A stretch of DNA of 64,000 nt from Alphaproteobacteria bacterium (GTDB lineage: Bacteria; Pseudomonadota; Alphaproteobacteria; SHVV01): assembly GCA_965261735.1 (NCBI GenBank), contig OZ253470.1:4608001-4672000 (forward strand), written 5' to 3'. Each line of letters opens with the position of its first letter. The first letter of the stretch is position 1. The notes beneath the pieces were generated by a model. The model was not told the DNA's origin and did no database searches. It worked only from the letters and a program-made list of their open reading frames with translations. A program made the translations under genes and the position numbers. Below, in pieces: positions 10,926 through 21,667 of this stretch.

Positions 10926-11963
10926 CTAGCCGCCGACCGAGATCGAACCGCTGACGATCCCCTTGCGGACCCCTTCGAGTTCGCTTTTCAACGCCGCCGG
11001 AACGGCGCCATCGAAATCGTGCAACGGCGCCAGGTCGACGCCACCGTTCTGCAGCGTTCCGACCAGCAGGCCGCCCTTGAACGTCCCGTCCTTCGCCTGC
11101 TTGATGGCGGTAAGGACCGTGGCATCCATCCTCTTGAGGACCGATGTGAGATAGACGTGACGCTTTTCCGGGTCGGTCAGGTATTGGTCGGCGTCGACAC
11201 CGATGATCTTAAGACGATCGGTGCCGAGCTCATCGGCCAATGCGGCGGAACCGAGCCCGACGGGTCCGGCGACGGGCATCACGATATCGGCGCCCTCGTC
11301 GTAGAGGTTTTGAGCGAACGTGCGCCCGTCGTCGAGGGAGTCGAAGTTGTTGGTGAAGAGGCCCTCGCGCGTTTCCGGGTTCCAACCGAGAACCTTGACG
11401 CTCCCGCCCTTCACCTTGTTGTGGTGAGCCACCCCCCGCGAGAACCCGTCCATGAAGATGGTCACGGGCGGGATGTTGATGCCGCCGAACGTGCCGAGCA
11501 CGCCCGACTTGGTCATGCCGGCCGCGAGATAGCCCGCGAGGAAGGCGGCCTCGTCGGTGGCGAAGATCTGGCCCAGTACGTTGGGCAGCGTCGGGTCATA
11601 GGCGAAATCGACAATCGAGAATTTGCGATCCGGGTTGGCTTTGGCGGCGACCTCGGTGGCCTCGCCGAGCAGGAAACCGACCGTAATAATGATGTCGCAC
11701 TTTTCGTCGATGAAGGCCCCTATGTTCGGCTGGTAGTCCGTCTCGGCTTGAGACTCGAGGTACTTCACCGTGACGCGGAGCTCACGCTCGGCGTCTTTCG
11801 CCCCCTTCCACGCGGTTTCGTTGAAGCTCTTGTCATCGATTCCCCCGGTGTCGGTGACTTGACAGGCTTTGAATTCCTGGGCGACCGCGGAGTTCAGCGG
11901 CAGCCCCGGCATCAGAGCCAGGGCAAAAGCCGAAAGCCCAATCCAAAGCATCCTGTTCTTCAT
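10926..11963 (-). CDS. BMP-family ABC substrate-binding protein (purine nucleoside type)
   Basis: Signal peptide MKNRMLWIG...AVA; DTGGIDDKSFN, VGF, IIGVDADQ; GGAGGA RBS. Confidence 0.88.
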   Translation of the reverse strand: MKNRMLWIGLSAFALALMPGLPLNSAVAQEFKACQVTDTGGIDDKSFNETAWKGAKDAERELRVTVKYLESQAETDYQPNIGAFIDEKCDIIITVGFLLGEATEVAAKANPDRKFSIVDFAYDPTLPNVLGQIFATDEAAFLAGYLAAGMTKSGVLGTFGGINIPPVTIFMDGFSRGVAHHNKVKGGSVKVLGWNPETREGLFTNNFDSLDDGRTFAQNLYDEGADIVMPVAGPVGLGSAALADELGTDRLKIIGVDADQYLTDPEKRHVYLTSVLKRMDATVLTAIKQAKDGTFKGGLLVGTLQNGGVDLAPLHDFDGAVPAALKSELEGVRKGIVSGSISVGG

Positions 11964-12201
11964 CTTGTCCTCCCTCAGGCTATTGTGCAGGGAACTCTTC
12001 ATGATTGGACCGCCCAACGGGGCCGGTCGCCACGACAGCCTCCAACATACCATGTTTCGTGCGCGAGGGAGACGCACCAAGCCTGCCTTCCAGCCTTTGG
12101 CCGTGGGTGCCCGGATCGGCGCTTGCGACCCGCGTGGCGTCGCGTCAGGATATGTTCCTCTCGTACCGCCGTGCGGACGGAGATGCACAAGGAGACGAGC
12201 C

Positions 12202-13065
12202 ATGAGCGCGGCCGGTGACCTGAAAGCCCTGCTCGAGGGCCCCGACATCATCATCATGCCGTCGTGCTACGACGCGCTGTCGGCTAGGTTGATCGCCGAC
12301 GCCGGCTACAGGACGACCTTCATGAGCGGCTTCGCTGTATCGGCGGCGCGTCTCGGTATGCCCGATACCGGCCTCATCTCGTTCGCCGAAATGCGTGACC
12401 AGCTGCAGAACATCTGCCTGGCCGAGCCGCGCCTCTTGGTCGCCGCCGACGGCGACACCGGCTACGGCAACGCCATGAACGTCCAGCGCACGGTGCGCGA
12501 CTATGCGCGCGCAGGCGCCGCCTGCGTCATGATCGAGGATCAGGTCAGCCCGAAGAAATGCGGACACACGCAGGGCAAGGAAGTGATCGGCCGCGGCGAG
12601 GCGCGGATGAAGATTCGCGCTGCCGTGGATGCCGGGCGCGACGCCGACATCCTGATTCTGGCGCGTACCGACGCCCGCGCGGTGCATGGCTTTGAGGATG
12701 CGCTCGAACGCTGCCACATCTTCGCCGAGGAAGGGGCCGACATCATCTTCCTCGAAGCGCCCGACGACGAGCAGGAGATGGCCCGGTTCTGCGACGTGTT
12801 CGAGCAGCCGACGTTGGCCAACATGGTGGTCGGCGGCAAGACGCCGGTCCTGCCGCCGGCGCGGCTGCAGGAGATGGGCTACAAGATCGTGCTCTACCCT
12901 TTGGCGCTCCTTTCGTCGGCGATGTATGCGGCGCGCGAGGCGCTCGCGGCCCTCGGCAACGGCGACGCCGAGGCCCCGGCCCAGCTCACCTTCGAAGAGA
13001 TGAAGGCGCTAGTCGGCTTTCCCGACTACTACGAGAGCGAACTCCGCTACCAAGCCCGCGACTAA
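12202..13065 (+). CDS. Isocitrate lyase/PEP mutase family protein (methylisocitrate lyase-like)
   Basis: YDALSA, MSGF, DGDTGYG, IEDQVSPKKCGH, ARTDA; AAGGAG RBS. Confidence 0.85.
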   Translation: MSAAGDLKALLEGPDIIIMPSCYDALSARLIADAGYRTTFMSGFAVSAARLGMPDTGLISFAEMRDQLQNICLAEPRLLVAADGDTGYGNAMNVQRTVRDYARAGAACVMIEDQVSPKKCGHTQGKEVIGRGEARMKIRAAVDAGRDADILILARTDARAVHGFEDALERCHIFAEEGADIIFLEAPDDEQEMARFCDVFEQPTLANMVVGGKTPVLPPARLQEMGYKIVLYPLALLSSAMYAAREALAALGNGDAEAPAQLTFEEMKALVGFPDYYESELRYQARD

Positions 13066-13500
13066 GACCTGGTCGCCAAGCGGGAGACCGAGGGCGATGC
13101 CTAGGCGGGCGATGCGGGTATCCACATCAAGACGGCGATGAGGACCGCTGCGAGGATGATGTAAGGCGGCCAGCGCCTGAGCCGGCCGTACCAGATGTTT
13201 CGGTCCTTGTTGGCCATGTTGCCGGTCCCCGGAACGGGCCTCCCGGCCCGAGGGAGGGTGAAGCCGCCGCCACGCCCCAGCGGGCCGCGGGGCAGGGGGC
13301 TCTACCCGCTCGAACCCGCGAGAGCGTCATGCGCTACCTTCTTCGTCCTATGACAAGGCTGGCGCTTTCAGTCGGCCTCGCGCTGTTTGCACTCAGTATG
13401 ACGCCGGCGAATGCCGCCGAGCCGTTGCGCATTCTGAGGTGGCCCCGGAAAATCGGACAGGTTTTTAAGGTGTATTCCGCCGACTGAGGAGGGATACGCG

Positions 13501-13782
13501 ATGAGTAAGAGACGCAGGTTTTCCGGGGAGCTGAAGGCGAAGATCGCGCTTGAGGCGCTTCGTGGCGACCGGACGCTTCAGGAGATCGCCTCGCAGCACC
13601 AGGTTCATCCGAACCAAGTGAGCACATGGAAGCGGCAGGCGATCGATGGTCTTGGCGAAGTGTTTTCGAACGGGGGCGAGCGCCGCCGTCGGGACCATGA
13701 GAGCGAGATCCGTGATCTTCACGCGAAGATCGGCGAGTTGACGGTGGAGCGGGATTTTTTGTCTCGAGGGTCCGGTCGATGA
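13501..13782 (+). CDS. IS3 transposase OrfA (HTH)
   Basis: RRRFSGELKAKIALEAL...HPNQVSTWK; overlaps orfB by ATGA. Confidence 0.88.
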   Translation: MSKRRRFSGELKAKIALEALRGDRTLQEIASQHQVHPNQVSTWKRQAIDGLGEVFSNGGERRRRDHESEIRDLHAKIGELTVERDFLSRGSGR

Positions 13783-14714
13783 GCCGGGCCGAGAGGCGAA
13801 CGATGGTGATACGCGCTCACCCGGCGCTGAGCTTGAGCCGTCAATGCCGTTTGCTGTCGATCGGACGCTCCTCGCTCTATTACACGCCCAAGGGCGAGAG
13901 CCCGGAGACCCTGGCGCTGATGCGGCGCATTGATGAGTTGTTCCTGAAGTATCCGTTCTACGGCGCCCGTCAGATGGTCCGTCATCTACGCCGCGAGGGC
14001 GTGCGCGTCGGTCGTCGCCGGGCCGGTCGTCTGATGCGCCTGATGGGGCTTCAGGCGATCTATCGGGCGCCGCGCACCAGCGATCCGCATCCCGAGCACC
14101 GGGTCTACCCCTATCTGCTCAGAGGCTTGACGATCGAGCGGGCGAACCATGTCTGGTGCGCCGACATCACCTACATCCCGGTGCGGCGCGGCTTTCTTTA
14201 CCTGGTGGCGATCATGGACTGGGCCAACCGGCATGTGCTGGCTTGGCGTCTGTCGAACACCCTGGATGCGGGCTTCTGCACAGACGCGCTCGACGAGGCG
14301 CTGGCCCGCCATGGCACGCCGGAGATCTTCAATACCGACCAGGGCAGCCAGTTCACCGGCTTCGCCTTCACCGGGCGCTTGCGGGAGACCGGCATCCGGA
14401 TCTCGATGGACGGCAGGGGCCGGTGCCTGGACAACATCTTCATTGAGCGGCTGTGGCGCTCGCTCAAATACGAGGCCGTCTATCTGCGCGAGCTCGCCGA
14501 CGGCTTCGAGGCCCGGCGCGTCATCGGCGAGTGGATCGACTTCTACAACACCGAGAGGCCGCACTCGGCGCTCGGGGGGGAAACGCCGGCCGAGGCCTAC
14601 CGCGGCGCCCCGCCTGTGGATATGATGGACAAGCCGCTACGCGCCTTGCCCACATCCCCACAGGCGCAACAACAACGGCAAGGAGATCGATGCAAAGGGA
14701 TTCTGGCGGCATGA
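13779..14714 (+). CDS. IS3 transposase OrfB (DDE)
   Basis: WCADITY, FNTDQGSQF, DNIFIERLWRSLKYE, YNTERPHSAL. Confidence 0.92.
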   Translation: MSRAERRTMVIRAHPALSLSRQCRLLSIGRSSLYYTPKGESPETLALMRRIDELFLKYPFYGARQMVRHLRREGVRVGRRRAGRLMRLMGLQAIYRAPRTSDPHPEHRVYPYLLRGLTIERANHVWCADITYIPVRRGFLYLVAIMDWANRHVLAWRLSNTLDAGFCTDALDEALARHGTPEIFNTDQGSQFTGFAFTGRLRETGIRISMDGRGRCLDNIFIERLWRSLKYEAVYLRELADGFEARRVIGEWIDFYNTERPHSALGGETPAEAYRGAPPVDMMDKPLRALPTSPQAQQQRQGDRCKGILAA

Positions 14715-15324
14715 ACGACAACTGGAATACACCTTAATCAAGCCGCCAAGCTGTCCGACAAACCGAGGCCACCTCATTCCGCTCATGGATAGCTTTAGTG
14801 GTCAGGGCGCCGACTGGGTCGATCGACTTTGGTCGGGCGCTGTCGTTGGCCAGGCGATGGTCAACAAAGCCGGCGGTATCAAGGGACGCACGCTCGCGCT
14901 TCTACAAGGCGGACGCGCCGTTCGATGACATGCCGCAGGCGGTCAGCATGTTCCGCAAGTTGGCCCGCGATCAAAAAAATCCCATGGTCTTCGATGGCGG
15001 AGCGACCTCCGTCGTTGCCGCGGTGCACGATCTCGCGGCGGAATTCAAGGTCCCCATGTTCGCGTTTACCTCAGGCGGGCGTTGGCGACTGCCGGGCTTC
15101 AATCCATGGGTATTCCGGTCGCTGCCGATGCCCGAGTCGGCGATCCCGGTGCTCTGGGAGAAGGGGCGCGCCAAGTCTAAGCGATCGACGACGAAAAATC
15201 GGTGCCGAACGCCAACGTTTTCAAGGAGTTGGCCCAACGCAGCGGAATCGAAATCGTGGAGCTGCGGTTCAGGTCCAAGGAAACCGACTTCTCGGCCCAA
15301 CTGACTCAGACCGAAGCGGCCAAG

Positions 15325-16152
15325 GAGACTACGGCGTCTTCACCGTGATGGCGCTCGGCACCTACATCACCCTGTCGGCCCACCAGATTTCGATTGGCCA
15401 CGGTGCCCTCGCCGGCATCGATGCCTATACGACGGCCGTGCCTCAGCGTGAAGTTCGGCATGCCCGTCGTCATCTCGGTGGCCGCGGCCGGGCTCGCCGG
15501 CCTCGCCGGTGGGTTGCTCGTCGCCTACATGATCTCGCTTCGGCTCAAGGGCATGCACCTCGCCATTGGCACGTTCGCCTTCGGCGAGGCGCTGGCGGTG
15601 TTGTGGCTCAACCTCGAATGTGTCGGCGGCGCGCTCGGGTTCCTGCGTATTCCCGTCATTACCGACCTGTAGCTAGTCTACAGCATTATCGCGATCCTTA
15701 CGTTCCTGCTGTGGCGCTTCGAGAAGTCGAACACGGTGCTGGCGTTTCGCTCGGTGTTCGACGACGAGGTCACGGCCGCCTCCCTTGGCGTCAACGTCGC
15801 CCGCGTCAAGATCTTGGCCTGGGCCTTCGGCGGCATGATCACCGGCATCGGCGGCGCGCTCTTCGCCCATCGGTTGGGGGTTATCCGGCCCGACAATTTC
15901 GCGTTCAGGTTCTCCATACTCATTCTGCTCGCGCCCTGCATCGGCGGTTTCCGAGCGTTCTGGGGCACTTACGTCGGCGCCGCCGTGATCGTCTGGGCGC
16001 CGTGGGTTCTCAACGTCACCAATCCCCTCAACAAGCAAATCTTTTTCGGCCTGATCTACGTCCTGCTCATGGTCTGGCGCCCGGAGGGCGTCATCGGGCG
16101 GCAGGGGTTGTGTTGGCCCTGGCGGGCGCGCGCAGCGGACCGCGGCGGGTGA
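15325..16152 (+). pseudogene. LivM-like branched-chain amino acid ABC permease remnant
   Basis: QISIGHGALAG, LRLKGMHLAIGT, DDEVTAASLGVNV...WRPEG; frameshift near 15440 and in-frame TAG at 15670-15672. Confidence 0.65.
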
Positions 16153-16227
16153 GTCAGGCGGCTCGGCGCAAGCGCCCGCCCGCGAGCGGACGCTGGCCTT
16201 GGGCCGCTAAGCCGATCTTGCTGTCGT

Positions 16228-17865
16228 TTATCGCCGCACGGTCGTTAACAACCCGTCGGCACGATCGCCTACGAGGAGTTCGGGCGCGCGCTCGGCCGGG
16301 TCGCCATATCCGGCGCCACCCGGCGTCTGGATAATGACGCAATCGCCGGGCTCGACGGTGGTGTAGCCCTTCGACAGCATGGGCTTGCCCGATTTGAGGA
16401 AGACGCGGCCTGTCGCTCCCTCGGCCCCACCCGCGAGGGCGCGCGGCGCGTGTTTGAGGCGATCGGTCAGCATCGACACGGTAATCGGGCCCGGCGCCAC
16501 GCTCCTGACCCGCACCTCCTGACCGAAGCCACCGCGCTGACGGCCGGCGTCCGCGGAGCCCGCGCGGTACTCCTTGCACTCGATGATAATCGGCGCCGCT
16601 TGCTCGGCGACCTCGACCGGAACGTTCGTGATGGTTGCGGGAAAGTTGACGGTGCTGATTCCGTCCCTCTCCGCGCGTGCGCCCATCCCACCGGAAAGAA
16701 AGAGGTAGACGACGAAACCCTCACCGGCGGCGTTCCGACCCGAGATAATGGCGATCGCCGACGGCGAGCCGCTTTCGGCAATGACCTCGCCCGGAATCAC
16801 CTCGGCCAGCGCGCCGAAGATCGCCGCCTGCAACAACTGACCATTGATGTGACGGAGCCCCACCGGCGCGGGGAAGCGGCAGTTCAATATGCTGCCCTCG
16901 GGTGCGTTCACGGTGAACGGGCGAAGTGTCCCCGAGTTGTTGGGAACGTTGGGGCCGATGGCGCACTTCAGCGGATAGACGGTGTAGGCCAGGGTGAAGT
17001 TGTGGACGCCGTTCAGCGGATACGGCACTTCTGGCGAGCTGCCGGTGTAATCGACAAGTATTTCGCCGTCGCCGACATGCAACGCGCACTCCAGGCGAAT
17101 CGGCTCCTCGTAGCCGTCGGCAAATACGGTGCCGCGATACACCCCTGGCGGCACTTTGCGAATCGCCTCGCGCATCGCCGCCTCGGAGCGCGCCTTGACG
17201 AACCGGCCGAACTCGCCGAGATCGCGGAGCTCGCCCTCCTCCAGGAGTTCGACGACACTCCGGATTGCCGTGTCGTTTGCCGCCAGCAGGGCGTGAAAGT
17301 CGCCGATCACCTCGGCGGGTACGCGCGTGTTGGCGCGGATGATGTCGTAGAAGGTCTCGTTGGGTCCGCTGGCCGTTTGGATCAAGGTCGGCGGAAAGCG
17401 CAATCCCTCCTCGAACACCTCCCTCGAAGGACCGCCGAACAGCATGCCACCGATATCCGACACGTGCGTGATGCTGCCGGCGAATCCGACGAGCCGGTCG
17501 CTCCAGAACACCGGCTGCACGATGCTCACGTCGGGAAGATGGCCGGCGCCTATCCACGGATCGTTGGTCAGCACGGCGTCGCCCGGCCGCCATGTCTCGA
17601 TGGGGCGCTTGGCAATTATCGCCTTGGTGGTAAGGGGCAGCGTCGCAAGGAACGAGGGGATGCTTTGGCTCGACTGCGCGATCGAGTCACCGTCCACATC
17701 CATCAGCGCAGTCGCGCAATCGTTCGATTCGCGCGTCTGAAACGAGAATGCGGTGCGCCGAAGCGTCGCGCCGGCCTCGTTCATGAGCGCCCGAAGGCGC
17801 GCCCACAGCACTTGAAAAACGAGCGCATCCTCTTCCTCGAACGCCGGCTTCGCGAGCTCGCTCAT
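16228..17865 (-). CDS. Hydantoinase B/oxoprolinase family protein
   Basis: LRRTAFS..RESND, NDPWIGAGHLPD, HVSDIGG, EEGL, GRQRGGFG, TPGGAGYG. Confidence 0.88.
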   Translation of the reverse strand: MSELAKPAFEEEDALVFQVLWARLRALMNEAGATLRRTAFSFQTRESNDCATALMDVDGDSIAQSSQSIPSFLATLPLTTKAIIAKRPIETWRPGDAVLTNDPWIGAGHLPDVSIVQPVFWSDRLVGFAGSITHVSDIGGMLFGGPSREVFEEGLRFPPTLIQTASGPNETFYDIIRANTRVPAEVIGDFHALLAANDTAIRSVVELLEEGELRDLGEFGRFVKARSEAAMREAIRKVPPGVYRGTVFADGYEEPIRLECALHVGDGEILVDYTGSSPEVPYPLNGVHNFTLAYTVYPLKCAIGPNVPNNSGTLRPFTVNAPEGSILNCRFPAPVGLRHINGQLLQAAIFGALAEVIPGEVIAESGSPSAIAIISGRNAAGEGFVVYLFLSGGMGARAERDGISTVNFPATITNVPVEVAEQAAPIIIECKEYRAGSADAGRQRGGFGQEVRVRSVAPGPITVSMLTDRLKHAPRALAGGAEGATGRVFLKSGKPMLSKGYTTVEPGDCVIIQTPGGAGYGDPAERAPELLVGDRADGLLTTVRR

Positions 17866-19292
17866 GAATCCTCCGTCTGTGGGCGCGCCGGCATCTCGAC
17901 GAGTAGGCTGCCCCATTCGTCCATCGTCACGCGGGCGCCCGGCCCGACCACGAGCGTCGATTCGCGCTCCTCGACGATCGCCGGGCCGGCAAACTTATCG
18001 CCAGGTTTGAGCGCATAGCGATCGTAAACCGGCGACGCCACAAATCGAAGTGCTTCTGGGAAGTAGACGGCTCGTTCGGCCTCGCGTGAGTGACCCGAAC
18101 CGGGCTGCGCGTGCCAGCGCAAATCGACCTTGGGCGCCGGCGCGCTCACCGTCACCCGCCAGGTCAAGGCGTCGACCGGGATGCGCGTAACAACGCGCTG
18201 GAAGAGCTCCTGATAGCGACGGTCGAACGCCTCGCGAAACCGCACTTCGTCGCCCGGCCCGAACCGACCTGGCGGCACCGGTACGGCAATGTCGTGCATC
18301 TGCCCGACATACTGCATGTCGGCGTTGCGCGTGACGGTGGCGGCGCCCTGGGCTACGCCTGCGTCGCGCAGGAACGCGTGGCCCGACGCCTCGAGCGAGT
18401 CGAGCAACTCGTTGAGCGGCTCCCATTCGAGGCGATCGAGACGGGCGACGTACGTCTACGCCGCCTCCGCTGCCACCGGCGCAACCAGGAAGCCCACGGC
18501 CGAGGCGACGCCGGCGTCGGCCGGCGAGATGATCGCGGGCGAGCGTAGGATGCGGGCAATGCCGTAAGCATGCACCGGCCCGGCGCCGCCGAAGCACAGC
18601 AGCGAGTGGCGCGCCGGATCGCGTCCGTGCTCCATCGCATGGATGCGGAAGGCGCTCGCCATCTCCTCGTTGGCGACGCGGTGGATGCCCCACGCCGCCT
18701 GCACGAGGCTGAGGCCCAAAGGGCGCGCGACCTTCTCGTCGATCGCACGCGCGGCCGCGTCACCGTCGAGCTTCATCTCGCCGCCCAGGAAGTAGTCGGG
18801 ATTGAGGTAGCCGAGCACGAGATCGGCGTCCGTTACGGTCGGGTCGAGGCCGCCGCGCCCGTAACAGGCCGGTCCTGGATCCGAGCCGGCACTCCGCGGC
18901 CCGACCTGAAGCTGGCCCAGCCGGTCGATCGAGGCGATCGAGCCACCGCCGGTGCCGATCTCCTCGATCTCGACGCACGGCACTCGCACCGGAAAGCCGC
19001 TGCCGCGCTTGAAGCGCTCGACGCGCGCGACCTCGAACTCGCGGGCAACCGGCACCTGCCCGCCCTGAATGAGCGAGGCCTTTGCCGTGGTACCGCCCAT
19101 GTCGAAAGTGATCAGATCCTCGCGCCCCGTGAGGCCGGCGTAGTGGGCACCGAGCATCACGCCCCCGGCCGGTCCCGACTCGATGAGCCGCGTCGGAAAG
19201 CGCCGCGCCCCCTCGGCGTTGGTCAGCAGCCCGCTCGACAGCATAAGGTGGAACGCGCCGCCCAGGCCGAGGTCGCGCAGGCGGCGTTCTAG

Positions 19293-20939
19293 GAGCGTGC
19301 GCCGCAGAAAGGTCCGCGCGGCAAAGTTGATAGCGGACGGGTTGTGGGTGGATTTGCGCAGGGGGAAGTATGATCCGATACGCCAGTTGCGTGTGGGAAC
19401 TCCCGATGCCGACCACGTTTCGTGCCTACCAGCCGGACCAACCCTTGCTTTTGCCGCCGGACTTGCAGGAGTGGGTTTCCCCAGGGCACCTGGCTCATCA
19501 CGTCAGCGATGTGGTCGATGCACTGGACTTGACGGCGTTCTATGCGCCCTACGAGGGGGACGGTCGACGCAACGCCCCCTACGAGCCGTCGATGATGGTC
19601 AAGGTGCTGATCTATGCCTACGCGACGGGCACATTCTCCTCGCGCGCGGTGGCGAGGAAGCTGGAGGAGGATGTAGCGTTTAGGATGCTCGCGGCGGGCA
19701 ACTTCCCGCAACATCGCACGGTATGTGAGTTCCGACGCCGACATCTGGCGGAGTTCAGCGAGCTGTTTGTGGGGGTGGTGCAGGTGGCGCGCGAGATGGG
19801 ACTGGCGCGGTTCGGCAAGCTCTCGGTCGACGGGACGAAGGTGCGAGCGAACGCGAGCAAGCGCAAGGCGATGAGCTATGAGCGGATGGGCAAAGAGGCG
19901 GCTCGCTTGCAGGCGGAGATCGAGGCGCTGCTGACGACGGCGGGGATGGTGGACGCCGAAGAAGACGAGCGTTGGGGCGAGGATTTCCGGGGCGACGAGT
20001 TGCCCGAGGAGTTGCAACGCAGGGAGAAGCGCCTGGCGGCGATCCAGGCAGCCAAAGCGCGTTTGGAGGCGGCGCAACGCGGGCGCGACGATGAGCGCGG
20101 GCGCGAGCCGGGGCAGGACCGCAATCCCCGGGGCGGGCGGCCTTACAAGCGGGCCTACGGCGAGCCCGAGCCGAAGGCGCAGAGCAATTTCACCGATCCC
20201 GAGAGCCAGATCATGAAGACCAGCAGCGAGGGGTTCCAGCAGTGCTACAACGCGCAGATGGCGGTCGATGGGGAGCACCAGATCATCGTCGCGACTCAGG
20301 TGGGGCCACAGGCCAGCGACCAGGGTCAGCTGGTGGGGATGCTCGACGAGATCAACGAGACGTTTGGGGTCGAGCCTGCGGTGGTACTGGCCGATGCGGG
20401 CTACTGCAACGAGCCGGATCTGTTGGAGCTGGAAGATCGCGGCATCGACGCGCACGTAGCGCTGGGGCGTGAAGGCAAGTCCCAGGTGGCGGTCGACCCG
20501 GCCCGGCTCCCTGCCACGCACCGCATGGGTGAGAAACTGGCGAGCCCCGCGGGCAAAGCCCGGTACGCGCAACGCAAGTGGCTCTCGGAGGCGCCGAACG
20601 GGTGGATCAAGGAGGTGCTCGGATTCCGACGATTCAGCCTGCGAGGCTTGGCGAAGGTGCGCGGCGAGTGGGACCTCGTGTGCTTGGCGTTGAACATCAA
20701 GCGGATGGGGACGGTGGCCACGTGCTGAGGCAGGTGCTGGCCTGCCAACGCACTTGATCCGGGGCGCGCAGTGCCCATCGACCGCGTATGAAACGCGAAT
20801 CTCTTCCCTTCCGGCCTTCCGGTCTGGGATTTCCATCCCAGAGTCGGGCGGGCCAGATATCCACACTCGGGCCAAAATCCCACCTCTCCGGCGGCCGCGC
20901 GCCAATCGCCCAACATCAAAACTTCTACGGCGCACGCTC
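19293..20939 (+). mobile_element. IS1182-family insertion sequence
   Basis: IRs GAGCGTGCGCCGCAGAA / TTCTACGGCGCACGCTC; CTAG duplicated at 19289-19292 and 20940-20943. Confidence 0.9.
19406..20728 (+). CDS. IS1182-family transposase
   Basis: LLPPDLQEWV..HLA, YAYATGTFSSR, VDGTKVRANAS, NFTDPES, LADAGY, FRRFSLRG. Confidence 0.88.
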   Translation: MPTTFRAYQPDQPLLLPPDLQEWVSPGHLAHHVSDVVDALDLTAFYAPYEGDGRRNAPYEPSMMVKVLIYAYATGTFSSRAVARKLEEDVAFRMLAAGNFPQHRTVCEFRRRHLAEFSELFVGVVQVAREMGLARFGKLSVDGTKVRANASKRKAMSYERMGKEAARLQAEIEALLTTAGMVDAEEDERWGEDFRGDELPEELQRREKRLAAIQAAKARLEAAQRGRDDERGREPGQDRNPRGGRPYKRAYGEPEPKAQSNFTDPESQIMKTSSEGFQQCYNAQMAVDGEHQIIVATQVGPQASDQGQLVGMLDEINETFGVEPAVVLADAGYCNEPDLLELEDRGIDAHVALGREGKSQVAVDPARLPATHRMGEKLASPAGKARYAQRKWLSEAPNGWIKEVLGFRRFSLRGLAKVRGEWDLVCLALNIKRMGTVATC

Positions 20940-21667
20940 CTAGGCGCTCGAGATAGCGCTCGACGACCGGCTGCAGGTAAGCGTTGATCACCGTCGTCGA
21001 GGTGCGCTCGTACTCGCGGATCTCGGGCGCGACCTCCGACGATAGGCTGACCGCGACCTCAGGCGCGGCCGCGGCGATGTAGTCGGCGGTTGCGCGCTCG
21101 TGGGCTGGGCTCTTGTAGGCGTGGAGGTAAGCGACCGCGATGCTCTCGACGCCGGCGGCGCGGAGGCTCGTGACCTCATCGGCAAGCTGGCCGAGGTCGA
21201 GCGGCGTCACGACATGGCCATCTCGATCGGTACGCTCATTGACGCCGCGCCGGAGCGGCCGCGCCACCAGCGGCTCGGGCAGCTCGAGCTGCAGATTGTA
21301 GTGGTCGTAGCGAGACTCGCGCCCGATCGCGAGAACGTCGATGAACCCCGCCGTCGTGAGGAGCCCGGTACGCGCCCCCTTGCGCTCGATCACCGCATTG
21401 GTGGCGAGCGTCGTGCCATGGAAGACGACACCGACGTCCTCGGCCCGGATTCCAGCCTCGCCGAGCAAGCGGCGGATGCCCTCGACCACCGCGTCGCCGG
21501 GATCGCCCGGCGTCGTCAGGAACCTTGCCCACGCGGAGCGTGCCGGTCGCCGTGTCCTCGAGGACGAAGTCCGTGAAGGTGCCGCCGATGTCGACGCCCA
21601 AGCGATACTGCACGCCTGCCTCACATCCCAACATAAGACTCGAGTGACCCAAACGTTTCGGGCCGCG

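Larger units (their letters stand above)
13435..14776 (+). mobile_element. IS3-family insertion sequence
   Basis: Ends TGAGGTGGCCCCGG.../...CCGAGGCCACCTCA (TG...CA); 3-bp duplication TTC at 13432-13434 and 14777-14779; orfA and orfB inside. Confidence 0.93.
13329..15320 (+). pseudogene. Branched-chain amino acid-type ABC substrate-binding protein, IS3-interrupted, frameshifted and truncated
   Basis: Signal peptide MRYLLRP...ANAAEPLRI resumes after the IS as PLMDSFSG...VNKAGGIKGR, then shifts frame into YKADAPFDD...NPWVFRS...KETDFSAQL. Confidence 0.65.
17862..21613 (-). pseudogene. Hydantoinase A/oxoprolinase family protein, disrupted
   Basis: YRLGVDIGGTFTD, HGTTLATNA, EYERTSTT, ESGPAGG, DMGGTT, GTGGGS, FGGAGP. 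Lesions: +1 frameshift ~21521, IS1182 at CTAG (RYLERL/ERRLRD rejoins in frame), in-frame TAG 18456-18458. Confidence 0.85.

Noticed and set aside
14829-16334. 501-aa ORF on + strand
   Set aside because: Mostly Arg/Ala-rich off-frame translation across two pseudogenes; only a short stretch is LivM-like.
16450-18018. 522-aa + strand ORF and similar long antisense ORFs (958-2226, 19289-20935, 30346-32202, 36273-37526, 59679-60929)
   Set aside because: Shadow ORFs opposite well-supported genes, expected at this GC content; no family motifs.
18456-18458. In-frame TAG in hydantoinase A (and at 15670) as pyrrolysine or readthrough
   Set aside because: Both genes carry other lesions and the positions are not catalytic; ordinary nonsense mutations.
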